Part shown: positions 1-8,800 of the stretch, in pieces
Numbering within the stretch: position 1 is the stretch's first letter
Layout of the letters: every line of letters begins with the position of its first letter
Assembly (NCBI GenBank): GCA_046590705.1
Contig: JBKJUK010000360.1
Location: 1-47,929, forward strand
Reading direction: 5' to 3'
Origin: Thermoanaerobaculia bacterium
Lineage (GTDB): Bacteria > Acidobacteriota > Thermoanaerobaculia > Gp7-AA8
DNA: 47,929 nt
Translations under genes and position numbers: made by a program
Notes under the pieces: generated by a model
Database searches by the model: none
Told to the model about the DNA's origin: nothing
What the model saw: only the letters and a program-made list of their open reading frames with translations

Positions 1-150
1 TCAAACGGGGTCAGATGCGAGGCGGAGCGAGGTCGGACGGTGAGGCGTGGCCTAAGCCACGTTGAAACCGGCCGGCCGACGCGACAACGAAGCAGATGGC
101 CCCGTTTCATCACGCGGCTTCAGCAGGATTAACGCCAATGTTATAAGGAT

Positions 151-570
151 GTGGTGAGTGAACGAGACCGACCTCAGACCACTCTGCTGCGACTCGCCGC
201 GTTCATCATCGACGCGCTCGCGGGCGCTCTCGCGCTGATCATTCCCGCAACGCTGCTCAGTTACGGCGTGGCCTGGTACGGCGCGTCGAGCAAGACCATC
301 ACACTGGTCTGGTGGGGCGCACTTCTGCTGCTGATTCTCACGCTGCTCCTTCGCGACGGCATCCGCGGTCGGTCGCACGGCAAACGCATCATGGGGCTCC
401 GTCTCGACACTGCCGACGGCCGACCGTGCGGCTACGGGCGTTCTCTGCTCCGGAATCTTCCTCTGATCGTTCCCGGATGGAACGTGATCGAGCTGGTCCT
501 TCTGGCCTTCAGCAAAGGCTCACGCAGAACCGGAGATCGCATGGCCGGGACCACCGTGATCGAAGAATGA
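151..570 (+). CDS. RDD family integral membrane protein
   Basis: 139-aa ORF with a GTG start just after AAGGA. It has three hydrophobic spans (LLRLAAFIIDALAGALALII, LVWWGALLLLILTLLL, LPLIVPGWNVIELVLLAF). The loop pattern GKRIMGLRL..DGRP..TGDRMAGT is typical of RDD-domain proteins. Confidence 0.65.
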   Translation: MVSERDRPQTTLLRLAAFIIDALAGALALIIPATLLSYGVAWYGASSKTITLVWWGALLLLILTLLLRDGIRGRSHGKRIMGLRLDTADGRPCGYGRSLLRNLPLIVPGWNVIELVLLAFSKGSRRTGDRMAGTTVIEE

Positions 571-580
571 GATCGCTGGC

Positions 581-1612
581 ATGAGCGGCGAGCTCGAGTC
601 GGCAGCATCGCGCATCCCACGCATCGGGATCAGTGAGCTCCATCTCCACCTGGAAGGTTCGGTCTCCATCCCCACCACACTCGAACTTGCTGCGCAACGA
701 AGCCACCCCTGGGCCTCCTTCACACCGCGCCAGCTTCGCGACCAGTACCGCTACTCGTCGCTGGAATCTTTCCTCGGAGTCATTCGAAACGTTTGCGCGA
801 TCATCTGTTCAACTGAAGGTCTCGAGCGCATCGCTCGCGAGCTCTCACACACACTTGCGGGCCAGGGCGTGCGTTACGCCGAGGTGTACGTTTCACCTTA
901 CATCTACGTGAGGTGGGGCCTCGACTACCACGAGGTCCTCGAAGCGGTTGATCGAGGCTTCGCGCAAGGCGAAGAAGCGGGCGGCGCCTCCTGCAGAATC
1001 CTGCTCGATTCGGTCAGGCAGTGGGGTCCCGATGCGGCGAAAATCGTTCTCGAAACGTACGCTGAACGGAAGCTGGAACGCGTGGTGGGATTCGGTCTTG
1101 GCGGAGAGGAACTCGTACCTCTCGAAGAATTCGTCGACCTGTTCAATTACGCTCGCGATCTGGGGCTGCACACGGTCGTGCACGCCGGAGAATCAAAGGG
1201 CGCAGAGGACGTAAAGAAAGCAGTCGATCTGTTGCGGGTCGAACGAGTTGCGCATGGAATTCGCTCGCTCGAAATTCCGGGACTGACGCGTGAGCTCGCG
1301 GCCAGCGGAGTCGTGCTCGATCTGGCAGTCTCGAGCAACTACCGAACCGCTGCGGTGTCAACACGCCTTCATCCGATCCGTGCGCTCCTCGATCACGGGG
1401 TGACTGTGACACTCAGCACCGACGACCCCGCTCTCTTCCGCACCGATCTTCCCCGTGAATATCAAAGAGCTCGAAGGTTCGGGAAACTTTCAGCACCGGA
1501 ACTAAGACAGATCGCCATGAATGGAGTGGACTACTCCTTCGCCGATTCAGTCACGAAAGCCGAGCTGAAAAAAACACTGACCGAACGATTCCAGTCGCTC
1601 GAGAAACGCTGA
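581..1612 (+). CDS. add: adenosine (or adenine) deaminase, amidohydrolase superfamily
   Basis: 343 aa. Metal-ligand and catalytic motifs are present in the canonical order: ELHLHLEGS, GFGLGGEE, VHAGE, LSTDDP. Confidence 0.85.
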   Translation: MSGELESAASRIPRIGISELHLHLEGSVSIPTTLELAAQRSHPWASFTPRQLRDQYRYSSLESFLGVIRNVCAIICSTEGLERIARELSHTLAGQGVRYAEVYVSPYIYVRWGLDYHEVLEAVDRGFAQGEEAGGASCRILLDSVRQWGPDAAKIVLETYAERKLERVVGFGLGGEELVPLEEFVDLFNYARDLGLHTVVHAGESKGAEDVKKAVDLLRVERVAHGIRSLEIPGLTRELAASGVVLDLAVSSNYRTAAVSTRLHPIRALLDHGVTVTLSTDDPALFRTDLPREYQRARRFGKLSAPELRQIAMNGVDYSFADSVTKAELKKTLTERFQSLEKR

Positions 1613-1620
1613 ATCGCGCC

Positions 1621-1758
1621 GTGTGGAGCACAGGCAATCCTGCCTGTGGGGGAGGACAACTGTGTGGCACAGGCAATCCTGCCTGTGGGGCGCTGAACTC
1701 ACTTCGCGATCGCGCACCTCACTCAGCGCCTCGCAGGCAGGATTGCCTGCGCCACACA
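1621..1758. repeat. cluster of three REP-A palindromic units (forward, forward, inverted)
   Basis: The units are 1621..1650 GTGTGGAGCACAGGCAATCCTGCCTGTGGG, 1661..1690 TGTGTGGCACAGGCAATCCTGCCTGTGGGG, and 1731..1758 (inverted) TCGCAGGCAGGATTGCCTGCGCCACACA. The core is an 8-bp stem, CACAGGCA / TGCCTGTG, around a 4-nt loop. Confidence 0.9.
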
Positions 1759-1785
1759 GGTTCGCCGTGGCGGTAAGAGCCTCCA

Positions 1786-2385
1786 TCAAACCCGTCGAAA
1801 CCGAAGCTGCCTCTCCTTCAGACCCTTCTCGAACACATCCGCGATCGAAAGCCGCACATCCACGGTCACCTCGGTCGTCTCGCCATAGACCTCGCCAATC
1901 AGTTTTACATCGGGAGGGCTGATCATCCGATAAAGTGATCCGGCCGCTGCAAACGATGGCTCGACCACCAGTCGTCGATAGACGTACTTGTCGAGACGCT
2001 CAGCTTCTGCGGCCGCCGCACGAGCACTGTCGCGATAAGCACGAGCAAGCCCGCCTGTACCCAGTTTCGTGCCGCCGTAATAGCGAACCACGATCGCCGC
2101 GACATTCGAGAGTGCGGCGTCTTCAATCGCCGCGAGAATGGGACGCCCTGCCGAACCTGAAGGCTCGCCATCATCGGAAGACCGGCTCTGGACAGCCGTC
2201 ACTTCAAAAAGCCTCCAGGCCCAGCAGTGATGGGTGGCGTCCGGAAACTCGGTGACGACCGACTCTCTGAAGACGTTGAATTCGTTTTCGCTGCAGACCG
2301 GCGAGAAGATTCCGATAAAGATTGAGCGTTGCTCTTTGAGGCGTGCCCGTGCCTGTCGCGCTATGGTCTGGTAGTGATCGATCAT
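1786..2385 (-). CDS. YigZ / IMPACT (UPF0029) family protein
   Basis: The C-terminal 199 aa of the 395-aa track ORF carry THHCWAW, DDGEPSGSAGRPIL and VVRYYGGTKLGTGGL. The CDS was trimmed to the internal ATG at 2385 (MIDHYQ...). The upstream part overlaps the 2465 CDS on the other strand and looks non-protein-like (Ser/Arg-rich). Confidence 0.8.
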   Translation of the reverse strand: MIDHYQTIARQARARLKEQRSIFIGIFSPVCSENEFNVFRESVVTEFPDATHHCWAWRLFEVTAVQSRSSDDGEPSGSAGRPILAAIEDAALSNVAAIVVRYYGGTKLGTGGLARAYRDSARAAAAEAERLDKYVYRRLVVEPSFAAAGSLYRMISPPDVKLIGEVYGETTEVTVDVRLSIADVFEKGLKERQLRFRRV

Positions 2386-2464
2386 TTTCAGATTGCGTCC
2401 GCTCGAATGGAATACGAGGGTCCGAAAATAAACCCCGCTGCCTCTCCGTTCCGTAGAACGACTA

Positions 2465-5400
2465 ATGCTCCGTCCAATTCTCCCATTCATCTTCGCAGTA
2501 CTGTCGTCGACAGTACTTGTCGCGGCCAAACCAACTGATCGCTTCGTCCGACTCGAGAATGGACTCCTTCGCGACGGAGTCATGCAGGTCGATTCAGGTG
2601 ATGCAGTCTCGGTCGCAGAATCGTTGCTGGCGCGCAGAAAGCAGGCACTATTCGGCGAGCGGGCTCCTGGGTTGCGGCTGATCTCGAACCGCCTCTCACT
2701 CACAGGACGCCATCTGCTTTTCCAGCAGACCTTGAATGGTGTGGCAGTAGAGGATGCAGACGTGAGCGTCTCGCTGGACGGGCAGGGCCAGGCCCTACTC
2801 CGAAACCGGACCGCGGCGACCACCGCTTCCACTCGGCTCATGGCAAGCAGCAGCTTCTCGCTACCGAAGTCCATTCTCGAGCCTGGTGAGGAGATTCTTG
2901 CCACTAGGGAAATTCTACTCAGTGTCGATGGCCTCGTGACGCCAGCGCTACGGTTCGACACGCGCATCGGCAAACTCGATTTCTACGAAGTCGACGTCGA
3001 CAGCGCGGGCCGCCTGCTCGGGCGCCGTTCCCTCTCCTTCCGCAAGTCAGGGCGGGTATTCAGCAGCAATCCCGTGACCAGACTGAACCGGCCGGATCTG
3101 CGTGACGAGGGCAACTCGCCTGCCGCCGTTCCAACCGCGGCCTACTCCACGGTGGAACTGCTCGACCTCGCTGCGTCTGGATCGCTGGCCGGGCCGAATG
3201 TGGCAATCGTCGATACCGACCTGCCCTCCATTCCGGTTTCGAGCGTGAACGACACCCTGACATTCGACCGCAGTCAGAGCGGCTTCGAAGAGGTGAACAC
3301 TTACCATCATCTGGACTCGTCTCAGCGCTATCTGCAGTCTCTCGGCTACGCAGGAGCACGCCGCATCGTGGGCGGACCGATTCCAGTCGATGTTCATGCT
3401 CTGAATGGTGAGGATAATTCGTTTTTCATCTTTCGACGCGACGGGGTCGGCGAGCTTTACTTCGGTGACGGCGGGGTCGATGACGCCGAGGATCCGGATA
3501 TCCTTCTGCACGAATATGGTCATGCAATTCTGAACTCGATCTCGCCGGGTAACTTCATCGGAAGCTTCGCGAGTCAGGCCCGCGCGATCGGCGAGGGTCT
3601 CAGCGACTACTGGGCCTTTTCGAGCGGCTACGAAGAAAGTGTCTCCTCAGGCCGTGACCCGTACTGCATCGGCGACTGGGATGCACGCTGCGGGGGCCCG
3701 TCGAATGCGAGTTGCTCGTACGCAGCCACCGCCGACTGCCTTCGCCGCGTCGACGGTACCAAGACCATGGCTCAGTACATCACCAACGACAATCGCGGAG
3801 TGGAGCACCAGAACGGGGAAATCTGGTCATCGGCATTGAGGCAGATCTTCGAGGCCATCGTCTCCCGTATCGGCGCAAAGGAAGGACGCCGCGTTGCAGA
3901 TACGCTGGCGCTGGAAGGCGCTTTTGGTGTCGGAGCACAACCCACCTTTCGTGATCTTGCACAACGGATGATCAACGCCGACAGGCTCCTCAACGGCGCT
4001 CGAAACGTGGCAGTCATCTGCACCGCCATGACCACCCGCGGCATTCTCGCGACAAGCGAGTGTGGAGCGCCTCCGAGAGGTGAGTCGGTCGTACTTCCAG
4101 GGTCGAACAGTGGTGCATCCATTCCCGATGGCAACGCCGACGGGATCTCACTTCGCCGCAGCGTGACCGACACCCGGATCATCAGGCGCATCGCACTGCA
4201 GGTCGATATCCGGCACCGCCGGAGAAGCGACCTTCGCGTCGAATTAATCGCACCCGATGGACGAGTGGTCGTGCTTCAGGATCTGAGCGCAGCCGGAGCT
4301 GGAAATCTGCAGGTCACCTACGGATACGATGCCGAGCCCAAAGAATCGCTGGAGTTGTTCGAGGGTCGCAGCGGAGCGGGCGACTGGACTCTTCGAGTCA
4401 TTGACTTCGTGTCGGGGGAAACAGGCATCGTCAATTCGTGGGCGCTGATCATCGAATTCGAGGGAGCCCAGGCCATCGGCGTCCGCACCGCGGCCGCACG
4501 AAGCAGATTTATCCCCGCCGCAGCGAAAGCAACCGGTGTGAATGACACCAGTTTCGTGACCGATCTGCGAATCCTCAACACCGGCAACGATGAGTTGGAA
4601 CTGATTGCGATCTTCACTCCCACCAGGCAGGATGGACGCATCAGTTACGCAGCGCAGACCATCCGCGTCGCGCCAGCACAGACTGCCGCTTTCGATGACG
4701 TGGTGTCATCCCTGTTCCGTTCAACTGGAATCGGATCGATCGAAATCAGAGGCGACGTCACGCGTGCCGTGATCACATCGCGGACGTACAACAATCTCCC
4801 GACCGGTACGTACGGCCAATTTATCGAGTCGGTCGACTCCTCTCAGGCCGTGCGCGCCGAGGATGAAGCCCTGCATCTCACACAGTTGAGAAGTGATGAA
4901 CAGTTTCGAACCAATGTCGGATTCAGCGAAGTGTCAGGGAACCAGGCGATGGTGGAACTGGTCGTTCGCGATCTTCGAGGGGAGATTCGCTCCACGACAC
5001 GACATGAAGTGCTCCCCTTCGGTCATCTTCAGCTGCCTCTCCCCGTCGAGGGCGGAAATTTGAAAGGTGGAAGGGCCACGGTCGCGGTCGTTTCTGGCTC
5101 CGGCCGCGTGATCCCGTATGCCTCGAGCGTGGACAACCAATCAGGCGACGCCATCTACCTCCGCGCAGCATCCCTGCCCCGAAAGAACGAGTCCATCCAT
5201 ATTCCCGCTGCTCTTCACGCCGATGGCGCCCTTGGAACAGTATGGCGAACGGATCTCTCGATCGTGAATGGCGGCAAGGCCACAGACCTAGTCATTTACT
5301 TCTACTCGTCAGTCACGCAGGACCGATCCGCCCGCGCCATCACGCTGAATGCAGGCCAGTCCGTCCTTCTCGAAGACGTTGTGCTTTCGCTCTTTGGAAT

Positions 5401-5860
5401 GAATGCAGCGACAGGTCATCTCCAAGTCGAGGGCCTGGAGCTCTCGCGGATCCTCGTTACTTCGCGCACCTACAACTCGGGCACTGCGGGGACCTTCGGG
5501 CAGGCCATCCCCGGACGCGACGACAGCGAGGCGCGCGAACGGCGGAGCGAACCGGTACGGATGATCCAGCTCGAAAACAGCGTGGCCTTCCGCACAAACG
5601 TTGGAATGGCCGAGGTCTCAGGCGGGGAGGCAGTGGTGCGCTTCGCTCTGAGCGATGGAGACGGGAAACTGATCTTCACCAGTGATCAGACAGTCAAACC
5701 GTTCGAACAGCGTCAATTCAATCTGGCGCAGATTGGCGCGCCGTCGTTCGTCAACGGTCGCATCACCGCGCAGGTGGTCAGTGGAGAAGGCAGGGTTTTC
5801 CTTTACGCCTCTGTAATCGACAACCGCTCGGGTGACCCGATCTACATCGCTGCGCGTTGA
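2465..5860 (+). CDS. secreted multidomain zinc metalloprotease (fungalysin/M36-like gluzincin) with a proprotein-convertase P-domain-like segment and two tandem unassigned C-terminal modules
   Basis: Signal peptide MLRPILPFIFAVLSSTVLVAAKP. HEYGH lies at nt 3509..3523, and GEGLSDYWA places a Glu 24 residues after the second His. GEIWSSAL follows. The P-domain-like stretch is SIPDGNADGISL..RSDLRVELIAPDG..GDWTLRVID..NSWALIIEF (about nt 4096..4465). It is followed by two ~215-aa repeats (4505..5167 and 5195..5857). Confidence 0.8.
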   Translation: MLRPILPFIFAVLSSTVLVAAKPTDRFVRLENGLLRDGVMQVDSGDAVSVAESLLARRKQALFGERAPGLRLISNRLSLTGRHLLFQQTLNGVAVEDADVSVSLDGQGQALLRNRTAATTASTRLMASSSFSLPKSILEPGEEILATREILLSVDGLVTPALRFDTRIGKLDFYEVDVDSAGRLLGRRSLSFRKSGRVFSSNPVTRLNRPDLRDEGNSPAAVPTAAYSTVELLDLAASGSLAGPNVAIVDTDLPSIPVSSVNDTLTFDRSQSGFEEVNTYHHLDSSQRYLQSLGYAGARRIVGGPIPVDVHALNGEDNSFFIFRRDGVGELYFGDGGVDDAEDPDILLHEYGHAILNSISPGNFIGSFASQARAIGEGLSDYWAFSSGYEESVSSGRDPYCIGDWDARCGGPSNASCSYAATADCLRRVDGTKTMAQYITNDNRGVEHQNGEIWSSALRQIFEAIVSRIGAKEGRRVADTLALEGAFGVGAQPTFRDLAQRMINADRLLNGARNVAVICTAMTTRGILATSECGAPPRGESVVLPGSNSGASIPDGNADGISLRRSVTDTRIIRRIALQVDIRHRRRSDLRVELIAPDGRVVVLQDLSAAGAGNLQVTYGYDAEPKESLELFEGRSGAGDWTLRVIDFVSGETGIVNSWALIIEFEGAQAIGVRTAAARSRFIPAAAKATGVNDTSFVTDLRILNTGNDELELIAIFTPTRQDGRISYAAQTIRVAPAQTAAFDDVVSSLFRSTGIGSIEIRGDVTRAVITSRTYNNLPTGTYGQFIESVDSSQAVRAEDEALHLTQLRSDEQFRTNVGFSEVSGNQAMVELVVRDLRGEIRSTTRHEVLPFGHLQLPLPVEGGNLKGGRATVAVVSGSGRVIPYASSVDNQSGDAIYLRAASLPRKNESIHIPAALHADGALGTVWRTDLSIVNGGKATDLVIYFYSSVTQDRSARAITLNAGQSVLLEDVVLSLFGMNAATGHLQVEGLELSRILVTSRTYNSGTAGTFGQAIPGRDDSEARERRSEPVRMIQLENSVAFRTNVGMAEVSGGEAVVRFALSDGDGKLIFTSDQTVKPFEQRQFNLAQIGAPSFVNGRITAQVVSGEGRVFLYASVIDNRSGDPIYIAAR

Positions 5861-5873
5861 GCGTTCAGCCCGC

Positions 5874-8800
5874 TCACTTGACCGCGATTCCCAACTCGCG
5901 AATCTGGTAGGCGAGAGCCTGGCGCGACATTCCCAGAAGTTTCGCGGCGCGACTCTGATTCCCTTTCGATTCGGCAAGCGTCCGCTCGATGAGGGTTCGC
6001 CGGAAGGCCACGACCTCCACCTGATAGTTACCAGTCGGAATCCGAGACTTCGGCGTTGAGCTGATTCGCTCCGGAATGTGATCGAGCTCGATGGCCCGTA
6101 AGTCGCCCGCCATGGTGTGACCTGCCCGCACCGTGTTCTGCAGCTCGCGCACGTTCCCTGGCCACCTGTAGTTGCAGAAGGCCGCTTCGACGTCTTCGCT
6201 GAGAAGTGCGGGACCGCCTCGATGCCGGTCTCTTTGCACGGCCAGAAAATGCCGGGCCAGCAGTAGAACATCCGCTCCCCTGTCCCGTAGCGGCGGCGAG
6301 AACAGTTCGACTCCTCTGATCCGGTAGTAAAGATCTTCCCGGAAGCCTCCCTCGTCCACCATTTCTTCGAGGCGACGATTCGTTGCAGCCACGATTCGTA
6401 CGTCAGCGCTGCGCGGCTGAGAGTCACCGACCCTTCGATACTCTCCATCCTGCAGGAATCGCAGAACCTTCGCCTGCGCCGCGAGCGGAAGTTCTCCGAT
6501 CTCGTCGAGGAAGAGTGTTCCTTCATGCGTCGCTTCGATCAGACCGATGCGATCTCTGTCCGCACCGGTGTAGGCTCCGCGCACTGCGCCGAAGAGTTCA
6601 CTCTCGATCAAATTCTCAGGCAGGGCCGCACAGTTGATTGCAGTGAACTTCTTTGCCCGCCTTCCCGAGTGCCGGTGAATCGCGCTGGCGATCAACTCTT
6701 TGCCGGTTCCGGTCTCGCCAATGATGCAGACGGCCACATCCCCTCTCGCTACACGTGGAATCTTTGCCACCAGTTCGCGAATCGGGAGTGAATTGCCGAG
6801 CAGGCCGTCAATCTGTTCAACAGGCGTACTCACCGAGTGGTCCTGCGACAGCGCTCTCGACTGATTGAAATGTTCGGTGCGAAGTCGAATGAGAGCGCCG
6901 ATGGCCGATCGGCCCTGTGGTGAGAATGCTGCGCTGCCCTGAAGATAAAATGTCATCGACTCGCTGCACTTCAGCCAGTCACGATCGCCATCGAGCACCG
7001 ACTCGATCAGCGCCTCCGCGCCGAGTGGCTGAAGCGGTCCTGTCTCGTGGTAATCACCCAGCCTGTTGCGCGTGACGTGGCGCCATCCGCGTTCGCCCAG
7101 CACTGCGTGGTCGAAGGGGAAATCAGCGAGGGTGAGCTGCAGCAGAACTTCGGCTTCGTCTCTTCTGTTTTCGACGTATGCGACTTTCATCCGCGCGGAA
7201 ATGCCATGACGAGCTCGCAGCGCATCGAGTTCTGCCAGCAGTGTCGCTTCTCCTGAGCGAGCTGTGAGAACTTCGATCGATCGCAACAACTTGAGTTCAT
7301 CTGTTGCACTGGACGGTCTCGGAAAATCTGATCTGACCGGCTCTTTCCGCGCCTCGAACGTCAGGAGTTCGCGATTGAACGACCCGCTGCATTCGAGTGC
7401 GCCCGAACCGGCCCGCGCTCGCAGCAATTGCTGTCGGTCGAATAGCTCCAGACATGTTGTCGCCAGCGTCGGTAGACGGCCATTGAGATCCGCCACGATC
7501 AACTCCGCCGCGACAGCGATGTCTCCCCCCGGCGCTTCCGAGAGAAGCCGCGCAGCCTCCTCACCGGCAGTCTCGTGATCTCCTCGTCGATACGCAGACT
7601 GGGCCGCGATGAGACGGAGCTCAGCCTCGCGTCTGCGGTCTCCACTGGAGCTGAAAAACCGCGCCATCCGCTGACGCCATCGCTCGGCCTGTTCGAACTG
7701 GCCGGCGTCGGCGCAGAGATAAGCCAGAGTGAACAGCACCCCACCTGCGGCGCGGTCGCCCTCGCTCTCTTCAATGAGCGCCAGCACTCCCCGCGACTCA
7801 TGTCGCGCCTCTTCCCACTCCCCGCGCATGAAGCGAACGTAGAGGTGATCGAGAGCAGCATCGATCTTTTCAGGAAGACTGCGCGCACATAGCGAGGCCT
7901 GCTCGGCGGACCTGCTGGCGACCGGGAAATCAGACGACGCCAGCGAACGGTAAACGGTCAGTCGCTGACTCAGACATTCGTCCGCGGCAACTGCATCGAT
8001 GAAGCGGATCGATACAGGTTCGTCATGATCGATCTCGATGAGAGCTCTCTGAAACGCGATCGACGCGGATGCTTTCCCCGTCGCTGTCTCGTCGGCTCGC
8101 TCCAGCGATTGCCGGGCAGCCTCGACACGACCATCGAGACGCTCAGCCGATCCGCGATGCAGCAAGGCATCAGCAGACGAATAGTCACCGATCGCAACAA
8201 TGGCCTCGGCATAACGGCCGAGCCGGCACAGAGCCTGCGATCGGAAGACGGCCGCGTTTTCTCCATCGACTCCTCCTGTCAGTCGCAGCAGCGTCTCGTA
8301 ACGCCCTTCAGCCAGCAGTCGCGTCGAGCAAGCCGAGAACAGCAGCGGAGACTGCGAGCGATCGACGGAAGCGAGCAGGATGTCAGCAGCCACACTCAGC
8401 TCATCCTCTGAGAGTTCCCGCACGGCCAGGGTTTCTTCCGCGAACGTGACAGCTTCGGATTGACGACCCGCTTCCCGCATGAGTCGGAGAGCTGAAGCAA
8501 GTTCGCCGGATTCGTACAGAAGTCTGCTTGCATCCACTGTCAGGGCTCGTCGCGTTCCTTCGTCGAGTTCGTCACGAAGCATCTGATGGGCATCCCGGGA
8601 CAGAAACGTGAATGCATCCCTGTCACTGGAAGTGATGCCATCGAAGACGAGATCATCGATGTTCAGGGTGCTCACAGTCGCGAGCAGTTGCGCAGCCACG
8701 GCCCGAGGTGTGGAGATACCGAGGATGGCCAGCACTGACAGAAAGGAGCGATGAGGCTGAGTGACGGAGATGAGTTGATTGATCGCTGGTACTCGTGACG

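Noticed and set aside
1-150. A possible partial gene or regulatory structure at the left edge of the window (ORF 52..378 minus; hairpin GTGGC-CTAA-GCCAC at 47..60).
   Set aside because: The minus-strand ORF overlaps the RDD gene and has an Arg/Gln-rich, non-protein-like translation. Too little sequence is available at the edge to interpret the hairpin.
1665-1682. The TGGCAC inside REP-A units as a sigma-54 -24 element (relevant because a bEBP is encoded nearby).
   Set aside because: The required GC at the -12 position (TGGCAC-N5-TTGC) is missing. The unit reads TGGCACAGGCAATCCTGC, so its GC dinucleotide is 3 nt out of register.
2386-2973. The 5' 196 codons of the 395-aa minus-strand ORF 1786..2973 (an N-terminal extension of the YigZ-like gene).
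   Set aside because: This part is Ser/Arg/Pro-rich and not protein-like. It overlaps the strongly supported protease CDS starting at 2465 on the other strand. The homology-bearing part starts at the internal ATG at 2385.
4505-5857. The tandem protein modules as a diversity-generating retroelement target (VR/TR pair), or as a recent duplication.
   Set aside because: The window has no reverse transcriptase. The nucleotide copies are too diverged for a TR/VR pair, and the differences are not restricted to adenine-templated positions.
5858-5876. A hairpin, TGAGCG-TTCAGCC-CGCTCA, whose stem includes both convergent stop codons (protease and EBP), considered as a bidirectional terminator.
   Set aside because: The stem is only 6 bp and has no flanking T or A tracts, so it is too weak to call. 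It may simply reflect the tight 13-nt packing of the convergent genes.
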